Source of the DNA: Candidatus Eremiobacteria bacterium
GTDB lineage: Bacteria; Vulcanimicrobiota; Vulcanimicrobiia; Vulcanimicrobiales; Vulcanimicrobiaceae
Length of the DNA stretch: 64,000 bases
Assembly: GCA_963758295.1 (NCBI GenBank)
Contig: CAVWUU010000001.1
Coordinates: 512,001 to 576,000, forward strand
Direction: 5' to 3'
Shown here: positions 28,771-37,607 of the stretch, piece by piece
Layout of the letters: each line of letters starts with the position of its first letter
Numbering within the stretch: position 1 is the first letter of the stretch
Program-made: the position numbers and the translations under genes
The notes under the pieces: generated by a model
What the model saw: only the letters and a program-made list of their open reading frames with translations
Told to the model about the DNA's origin: nothing
The model's database searches: none

Positions 28771-28911
28771 TTTTGTACGACTTCGGCTTGACCGAGCGAG
28801 CTGTCGCTTTGTATTATGTCGGGCACGAGTCCCTTAAGGCGCCAGGACCTAGTTCCTAGGACGTCTTATGGCTAACGGTAGCAAGGATAGTGATCCTCAT
28901 GGCTCTGACCG

Positions 28912-29904
28912 ATGCGCCGCGCTCGTCAAGCGGCTGACTCCCCTGGACTTCGCCGGGACGTAGTAGCGGCATGGCTCTACGTTAGGCTCGGAGCTTTCGG
29001 CGAAATTCAGGCAGTCCAAGGAGAAGGGGTTGAAGACCCCTCTGCTGTCGCTCGCCTGGCCTACGCCGAGGTCGAACCGCTGCCGGGGCGTTTCGGCCCG
29101 CTTCACGGATGGATACGCAGCGATTCCAATCTTACGGTCGTCGTTGCCAAATTGCACCGTTCCGGAATTAGTCGGGTATTTCTTATGCTTCGACAAGCCG
29201 TTCGCCGCCGTCCCATGATCAAGTCGCTCGTCGAGGAAGCCGAAGCGCTGCTCGAACGCTGCGACGCTCATACGCTCTCAGGCACCAACGACGCCGCCGC
29301 CGCGCGGTCGATGCCGATCATCGGCATGGTGCACGTCGGTCAGGACCTCACGCCTAGGAGCTGGTGGTTCACAAAAGATCCTACGTTCGCGCGCTTTCTC
29401 GGCGTCATCAGCGTGCAAGAAGACGGCACGCTGCAACCCCAAGTCGCGGCGCTTTTCCGCGCATTGACGCAAGACTGGAAACCCGAGACCCTAGGACCCG
29501 GTCCTGCAACGTTCGGCGCGCTGCTGCCCGGCATCATTATGCATATTTTTCCGTCGAAGCTCGACGGTGCCGTCGCGACACTGATCTTCGAACACGTAAG
29601 GCTGCGGCGCTCGTTGCGCGAAGCGTTTGCCGAGTTTTCGATTACTTCGCGTGAAGCCCAAGTGATTCGCTTATTGATGAGCGGCCATTCGGTGCGTGAA
29701 GCGGCAACGGTGCTTTCTATTGCGGAGTCGACGACGCACGATCACATCAAGAGCGTGCTGACGAAGACGCATGCCCGCAATCGCGCCCAGATGATTTCGA
29801 TTTTGCTGGGTTACGAAGGCTTGCAGGTACGGCCGCCGGCCGCGCAAACAAACGGCGTGGGAGCGTACGAATCTGGTGGTTCGCACGGTCTTCAAAATCG
29901 CTGA
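28912..29904 (+). CDS. LuxR C-terminal HTH transcriptional regulator
   Basis: ITSREAQVIRLLMSGHSVREAATVLSIAESTTHDHIKSVLTK; 3' end overlaps tRNA-Sec. Confidence 0.75.
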   Translation: MRRARQAADSPGLRRDVVAAWLYVRLGAFGEIQAVQGEGVEDPSAVARLAYAEVEPLPGRFGPLHGWIRSDSNLTVVVAKLHRSGISRVFLMLRQAVRRRPMIKSLVEEAEALLERCDAHTLSGTNDAAAARSMPIIGMVHVGQDLTPRSWWFTKDPTFARFLGVISVQEDGTLQPQVAALFRALTQDWKPETLGPGPATFGALLPGIIMHIFPSKLDGAVATLIFEHVRLRRSLREAFAEFSITSREAQVIRLLMSGHSVREAATVLSIAESTTHDHIKSVLTKTHARNRAQMISILLGYEGLQVRPPAAQTNGVGAYESGGSHGLQNR

Positions 29905-29952
29905 GGCCGCTTAACGGCGGCTGGTAGGTTCGATTCCTACACGCTCCCGCCA
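29859..29952 (+). tRNA. selC: tRNA-Sec (anticodon UCA)
   Basis: 8-bp acceptor GGGAGCGT/ACGCTCCC plus G-CCA, 6-bp D stem with TGGT loop, anticodon loop CTTCAAA (TCA 29892-29894), long variable arm GCCGC/GCGGC, T arm GTAGG-TTCGATT-CCTAC. selB lies in the same window. Confidence 0.95.
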
Positions 29953-30043
29953 ACGCCGCCTCCCCAACATAGGATGGCGGAAAGCATCACGGCAATGTCG
30001 ATCACCGGCGGATGTGCGTTTCGCCCGCTATTCGCTCTCGCCA

Positions 30044-30748
30044 TCAGCCCACTGACGTACGGAAGAGTTTCGGACAAAGAAGCTGGTCGATGGGCTGGCC
30101 CGCGACCCAATCGATGTCGTCTTCGTTGACGTTGAATTGAATGCTTTGAGGCCATCCACCCCACGGCTCCGGAAACGGCACGCGAAGCTTGATATAGTGG
30201 TATTCGCCCGTTGCGGTTGCAAGACGGAGAACGATCATCTGCGATTCTGGTTGAACGTTCGGCTGCGAATAAAGCCATACGTAAAAGGCGTCCTGGTCGC
30301 TTTCGACTTTGATGTTCGAGGGCAGCGGATCTTCGACGGGCTTGTTACATGCCGTATCGCCCGGAAATAACACGAAGGTAGGCGCGACATAGAGAAACGA
30401 CGGCGGCGCAGTGCCTTGTAGCAACATCGGCTGGGCACCGGCGTTTAACCCGCTCTGCAGCGTTTCGGTAATGTTTCGATTGTGCTCGGGCAGCAGCGCG
30501 ATGAAATCCGTCGCGCTGCAATTATATTTGGGCGCGTCCACCCGCATCTTGTACACGCCTTGAGGCGCGTCCAATTCCAAAATGACGGCGCTCTCGCTGC
30601 CGCGTTCAATTTTGTACGGGGTTTGGTAGTGCTGGCGTCCCGTGCGGTCTACGAGCTGCACGTTCATGGCCAGGGGCGCGGCGGGTCCGAGCTTCGCAAT
30701 GCGTCCGCAAAGGACAGCGTGCAAGATGACGTGCGACATTCCGATCAC
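30044..30748 (-). CDS. Hypothetical protein
   Basis: 234 aa ORF with AAGGAG RBS; no family recognised. Confidence 0.6.
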   Translation of the reverse strand: MIGMSHVILHAVLCGRIAKLGPAAPLAMNVQLVDRTGRQHYQTPYKIERGSESAVILELDAPQGVYKMRVDAPKYNCSATDFIALLPEHNRNITETLQSGLNAGAQPMLLQGTAPPSFLYVAPTFVLFPGDTACNKPVEDPLPSNIKVESDQDAFYVWLYSQPNVQPESQMIVLRLATATGEYHYIKLRVPFPEPWGGWPQSIQFNVNEDDIDWVAGQPIDQLLCPKLFRTSVG

Positions 30749-30896
30749 GGCTCTATCTCCTTGAGATGACGGATTCCCCGCGTTTTCCTATGCGGCTTCT
30801 TCGGTGTAAATAAACCAGGGTCATCGTCATTGCGAAGTTTTACCAAAGGAACGAATGACCGGCGCTCCCGGTGCGCGAACAGCAACCGCCGATTCT

Positions 30897-31280
30897 ATGG
30901 AGCGCCATCTATCGACGCGTTTGCGTTCGTTTATCGGCCGGAACATTTCGTCGCTCGAACAAGTGGAGATTCTGCTGTTGCTTCGCCGCAGCGGCGTTCG
31001 GGCTTGGTCGGTCGACGAAATAAGCGGCGAACTGCGAAGTTCCGTGAACTCCGTGCGGAGCCGTATCGGCCAATTGCAGCGCGCGAAGCTCGTCGTAAAA
31101 GGAAACGACGAGCGCTTCTGCTACGTGACCGGCCCGGAAGAAGACGCCGTCGCGGAGCTCGAATACGAATATGAGAACCGGCGGGTGCGGCTGATCGAGG
31201 CGATCTTCTCGCGGCCGGTCGATTCTGCGCGCTCCTTTGCCGATGCCTTTCGCTTATGGGAGAAAGACGATGATCGCTGA
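30897..31280 (+). CDS. Hypothetical winged-helix-like protein
   Basis: ISSLEQVEILLLL...WSVDEISGELR...RVRLIEAIF...FADAFRL; overlaps the next gene. Confidence 0.65.
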   Translation: MERHLSTRLRSFIGRNISSLEQVEILLLLRRSGVRAWSVDEISGELRSSVNSVRSRIGQLQRAKLVVKGNDERFCYVTGPEEDAVAELEYEYENRRVRLIEAIFSRPVDSARSFADAFRLWEKDDDR

Positions 31281-31533
31281 GGCGGTCTACCTCTTGTGCA
31301 CGGTCACCAGCCTGTTATGTGCGGTGCTGCTGACGCGTGCATACCTGCGGTCGCGCGTATCGTTGCTCGCATGGAGCGCTGTCTGCTTCTACGGTTTTTG
31401 CCTGAACAGCGCGCTGGTGTTTCTCGATATGATCGTCTACAAGGACTTCGACCTTTCGACGATTCGCGTGGTTCCTGCAGCGATCGGCGTGGCATTGCTC
31501 TGCTACGGGCTGATCCGCGAGGCGGTGCAGTAG
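31270..31533 (+). CDS. Small 3-TM membrane protein (DUF5985-like)
   Basis: VYLLCTVTSLLCAVLLTRAY...LLAWSAVCF. Confidence 0.65.
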   Translation: MIAEAVYLLCTVTSLLCAVLLTRAYLRSRVSLLAWSAVCFYGFCLNSALVFLDMIVYKDFDLSTIRVVPAAIGVALLCYGLIREAVQ

Positions 31534-31802
31534 TGTACTTGTTTCTGAACGGATTTACGTCGATGGGCTGCCTCGTGGCTGCGGCGTTCTTCCTGGCCCT
31601 GCGCAAACGCACGGCCGACGCGCTTTTCGGGTTTTTTGCCGGCGCCTTCATCTTGCTCGCACTCGAGCGCATGATTTTGAGCTGGATGAACACCCCGGAA
31701 CAGTCGACGCCGGCCGTTTACCTAGTGCGCGCATTGGCGTTTCTCTGCATCATTGCAGGGATCGTATCGAAAAACGTTCGAGCCGGGCGTAGCGAGCGAT
31801 GA
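31533..31802 (+). CDS. Small 3-TM membrane protein (DUF5985-like)
   Basis: FLNGFTSMGCLVAAAFF...LFGFFAGAF...VYLVRALAFLCIIAGIVSKN; GTG overlaps the previous TAG. Confidence 0.65.
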   Translation: MYLFLNGFTSMGCLVAAAFFLALRKRTADALFGFFAGAFILLALERMILSWMNTPEQSTPAVYLVRALAFLCIIAGIVSKNVRAGRSER

Positions 31803-32045
31803 CGCGCCCGCCGGCAACGGACGGCCGGCATACCATGCTGCGTGCGTGCTCGCGCGAGGAACACGCGGTTATTCCGCCCGCGGTTATCAAGCGTTGCATC
31901 AGCTCGCTATGGCCGGCTGGTAAGGAACTGAAGTTGCTTGGCAGCCAACCGGGCATGACGGGCCTACGCGTTTTAGCGCGGAAGCAACGAACTTTTTCGA
32001 CCGAGCAATCCGTTTCTCGTGTACACATCCGCGAGGAGGTCCACG

Positions 32046-32675
32046 GTGATAAAAGGATTATTTGCGGCGATTGCGCTCGTCGCGGTGACCGCAACGGCGG
32101 CTTCGGCGCAATCGTACCCCGGACAGTATAACGGTCAATACGGAAACGTCGGCTATCAGCAACAGCGGCAAGGTGTGATCGCTTCCTTCAACGCGTTCGA
32201 TCTTTACCTGCGAGGCGGCGGAGCGAATCAATACGTCCGGCTGCACGAGGGAACGATCATTAATCCGCGCGGCACGACGTTGGAAAGCGGAATGCCGGTT
32301 CGCGTAATCGGGTACATCGACGGCAGCGGAACGTTTCAAGCGAGCGAAATCGACGTCGTGAATTCGCAATACGGCAACTACGGCGGTTACGGAAACTACG
32401 GCGGCTACGGGAATACCGGCTACGGCAACTCCGGCTATGCCAATTGCGGCTCGAACGGCGGGTATTACGGCCAAGGCCAATACGGGACCGGGTACTACAA
32501 CAACGGAAACGCTAACCGGTACGGCAATGGTTACGGCAATTGCCGAAACGGCAATCATCGTTATCGCAACCGGCGCGATCGCGATCGTGACGGCGACAAC
32601 GACGACCGCAACAACGATAATCGCAACAACAACGGCTATCCGCGGCCGTACCCCACCTACCCGCCCCGGGGCTAA
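32046..32675 (+). CDS. Secreted protein with beta-barrel-like (DUF5666-like) domain and G/Y/N-rich low-complexity tail
   Basis: GAGGAGGT RBS, signal peptide, YGNYGG repeats, R/D/N-rich end. Confidence 0.7.
   Translation: MIKGLFAAIALVAVTATAASAQSYPGQYNGQYGNVGYQQQRQGVIASFNAFDLYLRGGGANQYVRLHEGTIINPRGTTLESGMPVRVIGYIDGSGTFQASEIDVVNSQYGNYGGYGNYGGYGNTGYGNSGYANCGSNGGYYGQGQYGTGYYNNGNANRYGNGYGNCRNGNHRYRNRRDRDRDGDNDDRNNDNRNNNGYPRPYPTYPPRG
32370..32438 (+). repeat. Degenerate 15-18 nt coding tandem repeat (YGNYGG/YGNxG)
   Basis: tacggcaactacggcggt tacggaaactacggcggc tacgggaataccggc tacggcaactccggc tat. Confidence 0.75.
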
Positions 32676-32878
32676 CTAGCGAAGACGCGCCCCGCGTCGA
32701 ACGCCGTTCCGCGACGGGAACGCTCATGCGCCGGGCCGTGCTTTGATTCACGACCCGGTTGCGCCGTCGGCAGGGCCATGTACCGTGCAGTTCAGCGATC
32801 AATGCGGTGCAACGGCTGACGCGGATAGCCGCGAGCCGCCTTGCGCACGAATTACCCGGACGACCCGTGGAGGGAGTC

Positions 32879-33280
32879 ATGAACGTTCCGCCCGAGATCA
32901 CGGTTCGCACGAGCGCGCATTCGTACGAAAAAACGGTGGAAGACACCCGTTCCGTATTGAGCGCCGTTGGTCAAACCATCTTCGCGGAGATCGATCAAGG
33001 CGCCGCCGCGGCGTCGGTAGGACTAGAGATGCGTCCGACCACGTTGTTCGTTTTCGGCAATCCGCGCGCCGGGACGCCGTTGATGCAAGAAGCGCCGCTC
33101 ATCGGTCTCGATCTTCCGCTCAAACTGCTAGTCTGGCGTGAAGACTCCGGCGAAACAAAGATCGCTTACCGGAACGTGATGCCGCTGGGGGCGGTGTACG
33201 GCGCAAACGGCTCAGGCGAGCGCCTCGCGCAAATCGATAAAGCCTTAGCGACCTTCCTCGACAAAATCGTCACGCCTTAG
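32879..33280 (+). CDS. DUF302 domain protein
   Basis: FAEIDQGAAAASVGLEMRPTTLFVFGNPRAGTPLMQ...LDLPLKLLVW. Confidence 0.88.
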   Translation: MNVPPEITVRTSAHSYEKTVEDTRSVLSAVGQTIFAEIDQGAAAASVGLEMRPTTLFVFGNPRAGTPLMQEAPLIGLDLPLKLLVWREDSGETKIAYRNVMPLGAVYGANGSGERLAQIDKALATFLDKIVTP

Positions 33281-33327
33281 TCCTGCCGCTACAGGTAAGC
33301 GGCCGTAGGGCGGCCAAGCGTTTGCGC

Positions 33328-33513
33328 ATGGAACACACGCTCGTGCATTTAGCTGCGACCGCGGCCTGGTTGTTCTTCATCCTCTTCGTCTTTGCCGTGA
33401 TCGGCGTCATCGCGACGATCCGCTGGATCGTTAACATGGCGACGCGCGGCGAACGCGCCGTAGTGAGCGGCGTCGAAGGAGTGGAGCAGCGCATCGTCCA
33501 CCGCGATAGCTAG
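33328..33513 (+). CDS. Small single-TM hypothetical protein
   Basis: 61 aa ORF with WLFFILFVFAVIGVIATIRW; preceded by the recurring promoter-like motif. Confidence 0.6.
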   Translation: MEHTLVHLAATAAWLFFILFVFAVIGVIATIRWIVNMATRGERAVVSGVEGVEQRIVHRDS

Positions 33514-33516
33514 CTC

Positions 33517-34344
33517 TTAAAAAAGGATCGTTTGAAATTCGGCGACCGTGTTGAAACCGGCACGGTCGTAGAGCGCGATTGCGCGCTCGTTGAAGTCGTT
33601 GACGTAGAGCGATAACGACGGCGACATCCCGAGCAAACGCTCGCAGACAGCGCCAAGCGCCGACGTCGCAAGGCCGCGCCCGCGCATTTCCGGCGGCGTC
33701 CAAATGCCTTGGAGTTGCGCGGTTTGCGGGCTCCACGGTCCCACGTTGCAAAAAAAACAGAGGCGGCCGAACGACTCGCCGACCCACCATAAGCCGCGAT
33801 CGATCATCGCGCGCACGTTCGCCGTGAATTCCGGCGACGACCGGCGTGGATCGTATTGCAATTCTTGCGCAATCATCATCGCGGAATTGTCCGCAACTTG
33901 CATCCATTCGTCGATGCGCGCCTTACGGGCGAGCACGCGATGGTGGTACGGTTGAAGATCGCGGGCCGTCAATTCCATGACGTATTGCCGATCCCGGATG
34001 AGACGCGGAGCAGCATGCTCGGGACCGACGCGTTCCCAATAGGCCTTCACGGTTTCGCGCGGCCCGACGATCATGCGCTCACCGTGATGACGGCGGCCAA
34101 CGGCCGCAAAGGTATCGACGGCAGCGTTATCATCGGCTGCCAGTACGACTTGGCGCCCGAAATAGCCGACACCGCGCACGCGGCCCGACGAATCGTACGC
34201 AACGTGAATCGCATCTCGCGTTGCGGGTGCCACGTCGAAAAGAATCAGATACGTGAGGAAAACGTTCTCGACGGGAGCGCGCGCGAGATACGCAAGCGCG
34301 GCACCTTCGTGCTTGCTGGTGAGCCGTTCCGATGTAATCGTCAA
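33517..34344 (-). CDS. GNAT family acetyltransferase
   Basis: GIWTPPEMRGRGLA, SLYVNDFNERAIALYDRAGF. TTG start overlaps the anti-sigma stop. Confidence 0.85.
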   Translation of the reverse strand: MTITSERLTSKHEGAALAYLARAPVENVFLTYLILFDVAPATRDAIHVAYDSSGRVRGVGYFGRQVVLAADDNAAVDTFAAVGRRHHGERMIVGPRETVKAYWERVGPEHAAPRLIRDRQYVMELTARDLQPYHHRVLARKARIDEWMQVADNSAMMIAQELQYDPRRSSPEFTANVRAMIDRGLWWVGESFGRLCFFCNVGPWSPQTAQLQGIWTPPEMRGRGLATSALGAVCERLLGMSPSLSLYVNDFNERAIALYDRAGFNTVAEFQTILF

Positions 34345-35127
34345 TCGAGTGTTTGTAAAAGCACGGGTTTGCTGGTCGGCTGTTTGCTGCCGCCGGCCGG
34401 CTCGACGCTTACTGCCACGGCCGAAACGTTGTTCGCGTCTTCCGGCAGCGCGATCACGGCCGCGCCGTGTGCGTCCGGAATGAACGTGACCGACGGCGCC
34501 ATGGTTTTGCTGCCCTTCGGCAGCGTCCAGGCCTGATACACTTTCCCATGTTGCGGCGTCGACATGTCGTGGAGCGTCAGGTAAAGACGCTTGTTCACCC
34601 GGACGATCTGGCCGTCCGCAACGTCGTAGCGGCGGGCTTGATCGCTTGTCAAATCGGCGAGGGCCGTGCGTTCCGACGCTAGATTCGCCGCAAGCGCCGT
34701 GGACCGGTGCTCCACTTGAGAGATTTGCGTCTGTTCGGATTTCAACTGCTGCATCAGCGACAGATTCATGAGCGACGAGTACAGCCCGAACGCCAGGCAC
34801 GCGGCCGCGACGAAATACGGGGGCCATACCAAAGGCCGGGCGCCATTCTTTTTGCGGCCTGTGGAAGCGTTCGACTCGCTGCGCACCTGTTTCATGATGC
34901 GTGCCTTGAGCAGAGGGCTGACCGCCACCGCGCCCGATTCATTATCGGCGCAGGCTTCGGCCGTCATGCCGACCGATGCGGCTGCAGGCGCAAGCGCCTC
35001 GTATTCCGCTTGGCAGGATGGCGCACGTGGCTAGATGGTCGGCAACGCGCCTCGCCTGCGCTGGCGGCAACGCGCCGAGCGCATAGACGGCGACGTCGTC
35101 GAGCATGGTCTCGTGTTGCGCGCTCAC
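34341..35127 (-). CDS. Anti-sigma factor, RskA-like (frameshifted near 35000)
   Basis: N-terminal VAVYALGAL...HLATC, TM helix, GKVYQAW, AVAVSVEPAGGSKQPT. Confidence 0.85.
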
Positions 35128-35660
35128 GCCGTCACCAGCCCGTCGAGCGAAGATCGGAGTTTGCGCAGCCCGGCGCGAATGCGCGTTTTTATAGTGCCGA
35201 GCGGAATGCCGGTGCGGCGCGCGATCTCTTCGTGTGTTATCCCCGAGAAAAACCCAAGCTCGATCGGTTCGCGTTGCTCCGGCGGCAACGTGTCCAAAGC
35301 GGCGCGTAAACGGTCCGCGTCGATGTGCGCGAACGCTACGTCTTCGATCGTGTCTGTTTCCGGGAGGGATTCGGGCAGCTCGCTCTCGGCGCGTGCCGAG
35401 CGGGCCCGTAACGCATCCAGCGCGCGGTTTCGCGTAACGCGAACGATCCACGCCGCAAAATTTCCGCCGCGAAACAGTTCCGGAGTGCTCCAAACTTTCA
35501 AAAAAACCGCCTGGGTCAAGTCTTCGGCCGCCGACACGTCGTTTAGCATGCGCATAGCTATCCCGTAAACGAGGCGGTGGTACGCGTCGTAGAGTGACTC
35601 GAACGCGTCCGCATCACGAGCGCGCACTCGTGCGATCAATTCTTCGACGTCGCGATCCAC
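35124..35660 (-). CDS. ECF sigma-70 factor (SigK-like)
   Basis: AEDLTQAVFLKVW, WIVRVTRNRALD, GITHEEIA...PLGTIKTRIR. Confidence 0.9.
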   Translation of the reverse strand: MDRDVEELIARVRARDADAFESLYDAYHRLVYGIAMRMLNDVSAAEDLTQAVFLKVWSTPELFRGGNFAAWIVRVTRNRALDALRARSARAESELPESLPETDTIEDVAFAHIDADRLRAALDTLPPEQREPIELGFFSGITHEEIARRTGIPLGTIKTRIRAGLRKLRSSLDGLVTA

Positions 35661-35760
35661 GCATCAATGCTTTCGCTTCCTGGCATATCGAACCTCGATT
35701 TCATAACGCGCAAAGCGCGAGGGCAGATTGTCCAACGTCCGAACGGGAAGAAACCGGGCA

Positions 35761-36504
35761 ATGAAAGAGCTCGTCGACCGGCTGCGCGCGGCTCGCTCGG
35801 TGCTGGTCCTCACGGGATCCGGCATTTCCGCCGAGAGCGGCCTACCTACGTTTCGCGGCACCGGCGGCCTTTGGCGCACGCATCGCGTCGAGGAGCTTGC
35901 TTCCCCCGAGGGTTTTGCGCGCGACCCGCTTCTCGTGTGGACCTGGTACAACGAGCGCAATGCCGTGCATCGGAAAGCGCAGCCGAATGCCGGCCACTAC
36001 GCGCTTTCGCGCATTGGAAGAGCGGATTGCCGACTTTACGTTGGCCACGCAGAACGTCGATTCGTTGCATCTGCGTGCGGGCTCGCGGAACGTGGCGGAG
36101 CTTCACGGCAGCCTTCGCATGGCCCGCTGCACTCGGTGCGGCGAGCGCCGTTCCGCTCGATGCACAGGGTTGCCGTTAGCGGAAATCGAGCACGCCTGCG
36201 GCGGCCGGATGCGCCCCGACATCGTCTGGTTCGGGGAGGCGCTGCCCCAGGAACCGTGGTCGCTGGCGGCCGGCGCCGCTCGCGGGCCGAGGTGATCTTG
36301 GTAGTTGGAACGAGCGCCGTCGTCTACCCTGCGGCTGCATTGGCGACCCACTATTCCCTCAACGCGTACGTAGCGGAGATCAACCCCGAAGCGACCGCCC
36401 TAAGCGAGCGAGCCCGCTGCACTATCCGTGCGACGGCTGCGACCGCGTTGCCCGCAGTTGCTCGATCGTCTTTAAGACCGAGCCGGAGCTATGGCGGAAG
36501 TTGA
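35761..36504 (+). CDS. cobB: NAD-dependent deacylase (sirtuin), several frameshifts
   Basis: LTGSGISAESGLPTFRG, TQNVDSLH, ELHGS, RPDIVWFGE, VGTSAVVYPAA, EINPE spread over alternating frames. Confidence 0.88.
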   Translation: MKELVDRLRAARSVLVLTGSGISAESGLPTFRGTGGLWRTHRVEELASPEGFARDPLLVWTWYNERNAVHRKAQPNAGHYALSRIGRADCRLYVGHAERRFVASACGLAERGGASRQPSHGPLHSVRRAPFRSMHRVAVSGNRARLRRPDAPRHRLVRGGAAPGTVVAGGRRRSRAEVILVVGTSAVVYPAAALATHYSLNAYVAEINPEATALSERARCTIRATAATALPAVARSSLRPSRSYGGS

Positions 36505-36535
36505 ACCGGGGGACCTTGATCGTCTTCGTAGAGCC

Positions 36536-37537
36536 CTAGATCGGCGGGGGCGCCGGGAAGGCCGGCGTGTCGTCGTCAAAGCGTGAGAATCCGCTGGTTT
36601 CGGGGGACGGAAGCCCGGTGACGCGCTCGTCGATGAGCGGCGCTGCTTCCGGCGCGATGTATGCGTCCGGCTCGACCGCCGGCGAGGCTTCCGGGACTCC
36701 CGCGTAAACCGTCGTTTGTTTGAACGCGCGTTGCGGCGGCATGGTCAACAGGTCGCGATCGTTCGCGCGGCGCGAAAGGCCGCGAATGATGAAGGCGTTC
36801 TGCAAGCGTCGCAGCCCTCGCAAAGGCAGCGACGAAGTCGGGACGGCGGCGAAGAGATCGCGAACCGCGCCGTACGTCGACTCCGACGCAACTATTGAGG
36901 CGTTCAACTCCTCGGACGCGGCTTCCAGGCGTGCAGCAACGTGCGCTGGATTGCCGATGATCGCAAATTCCCTCCGGTCGCGAAAGCCGGCGTCGCCGGC
37001 GACGATCTTGCCGGAATTCACGCCCATGCCGATTTCGATCGCTTTACGGCCTTGCGCCGCCCAACGTGCTTCCATCGCCTTGGTGATGCGCATGATATCG
37101 AGTGCGGCGCGCAGGGCGCGTTCTTCCTGGAACTGCTCCTCGACTAGAACCCCGAACACCGCGGTCACGGTATCGCCGCGAAGGCTTTCGATCATCCCGC
37201 GATGGCGTTGTACCGCCTGGCCGGCGATCGTATAGAATTCGTTAAGGTATCTAAGCGTTTCTTCGGGCGTCAGCGATTCGGAAAACAGCGCGAAATTTCG
37301 AATGCGCGCCGACAAGATCGTCGCATAGTACTCGCGCGCTTCGAAAAGGCGGCCGTCCTTGCGCTTGAGCAGCTCCTCCACGACCGGCGCGGGTACGTAG
37401 CGCGAGAAAAGCGAGACGGCGCGCTGATGCTCCACCCGCTCCGAAACGTAACGTTTGAAGAAAATCCGCGCGTAGATCGCCGCTCCGGCGCCTGCGCCGA
37501 GAGCGAGGACGAAAAGCATCGGCCATCGTCGCGCCAT
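36536..37537 (-). CDS. Class III nucleotidyl cyclase-domain membrane protein with degenerate active site
   Basis: LFSRYVPAPVV, GDTVTAVFG, IGMGVNSG, AARLE; catalytic residues substituted (see findings). Confidence 0.8.
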   Translation of the reverse strand: MARRWPMLFVLALGAGAGAAIYARIFFKRYVSERVEHQRAVSLFSRYVPAPVVEELLKRKDGRLFEAREYYATILSARIRNFALFSESLTPEETLRYLNEFYTIAGQAVQRHRGMIESLRGDTVTAVFGVLVEEQFQEERALRAALDIMRITKAMEARWAAQGRKAIEIGMGVNSGKIVAGDAGFRDRREFAIIGNPAHVAARLEAASEELNASIVASESTYGAVRDLFAAVPTSSLPLRGLRRLQNAFIIRGLSRRANDRDLLTMPPQRAFKQTTVYAGVPEASPAVEPDAYIAPEAAPLIDERVTGLPSPETSGFSRFDDDTPAFPAPPPI

Positions 37538-37607
37538 AGTTCCCGAGGCGAAGGCGTTCCTCCCGTCGTAAGCCCAGCGTTTACGGACGTTCCGGCCTTT
37601 CCCGGCT

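Noticed and set aside
29902..29930. UGA followed by a hairpin as a SECIS recoding the LuxR ORF
   Set aside because: The hairpin is the tRNA variable arm, and the read-through sequence has no recognisable redox motif or domain.
32370..32640. Short repeats as a CRISPR array
   Set aside because: They are in-frame degenerate codon repeats without spacers, and there are no cas genes.
29859..33500. Integrative element at selC
   Set aside because: No integrase and no duplicated tRNA 3' end were seen in the window.
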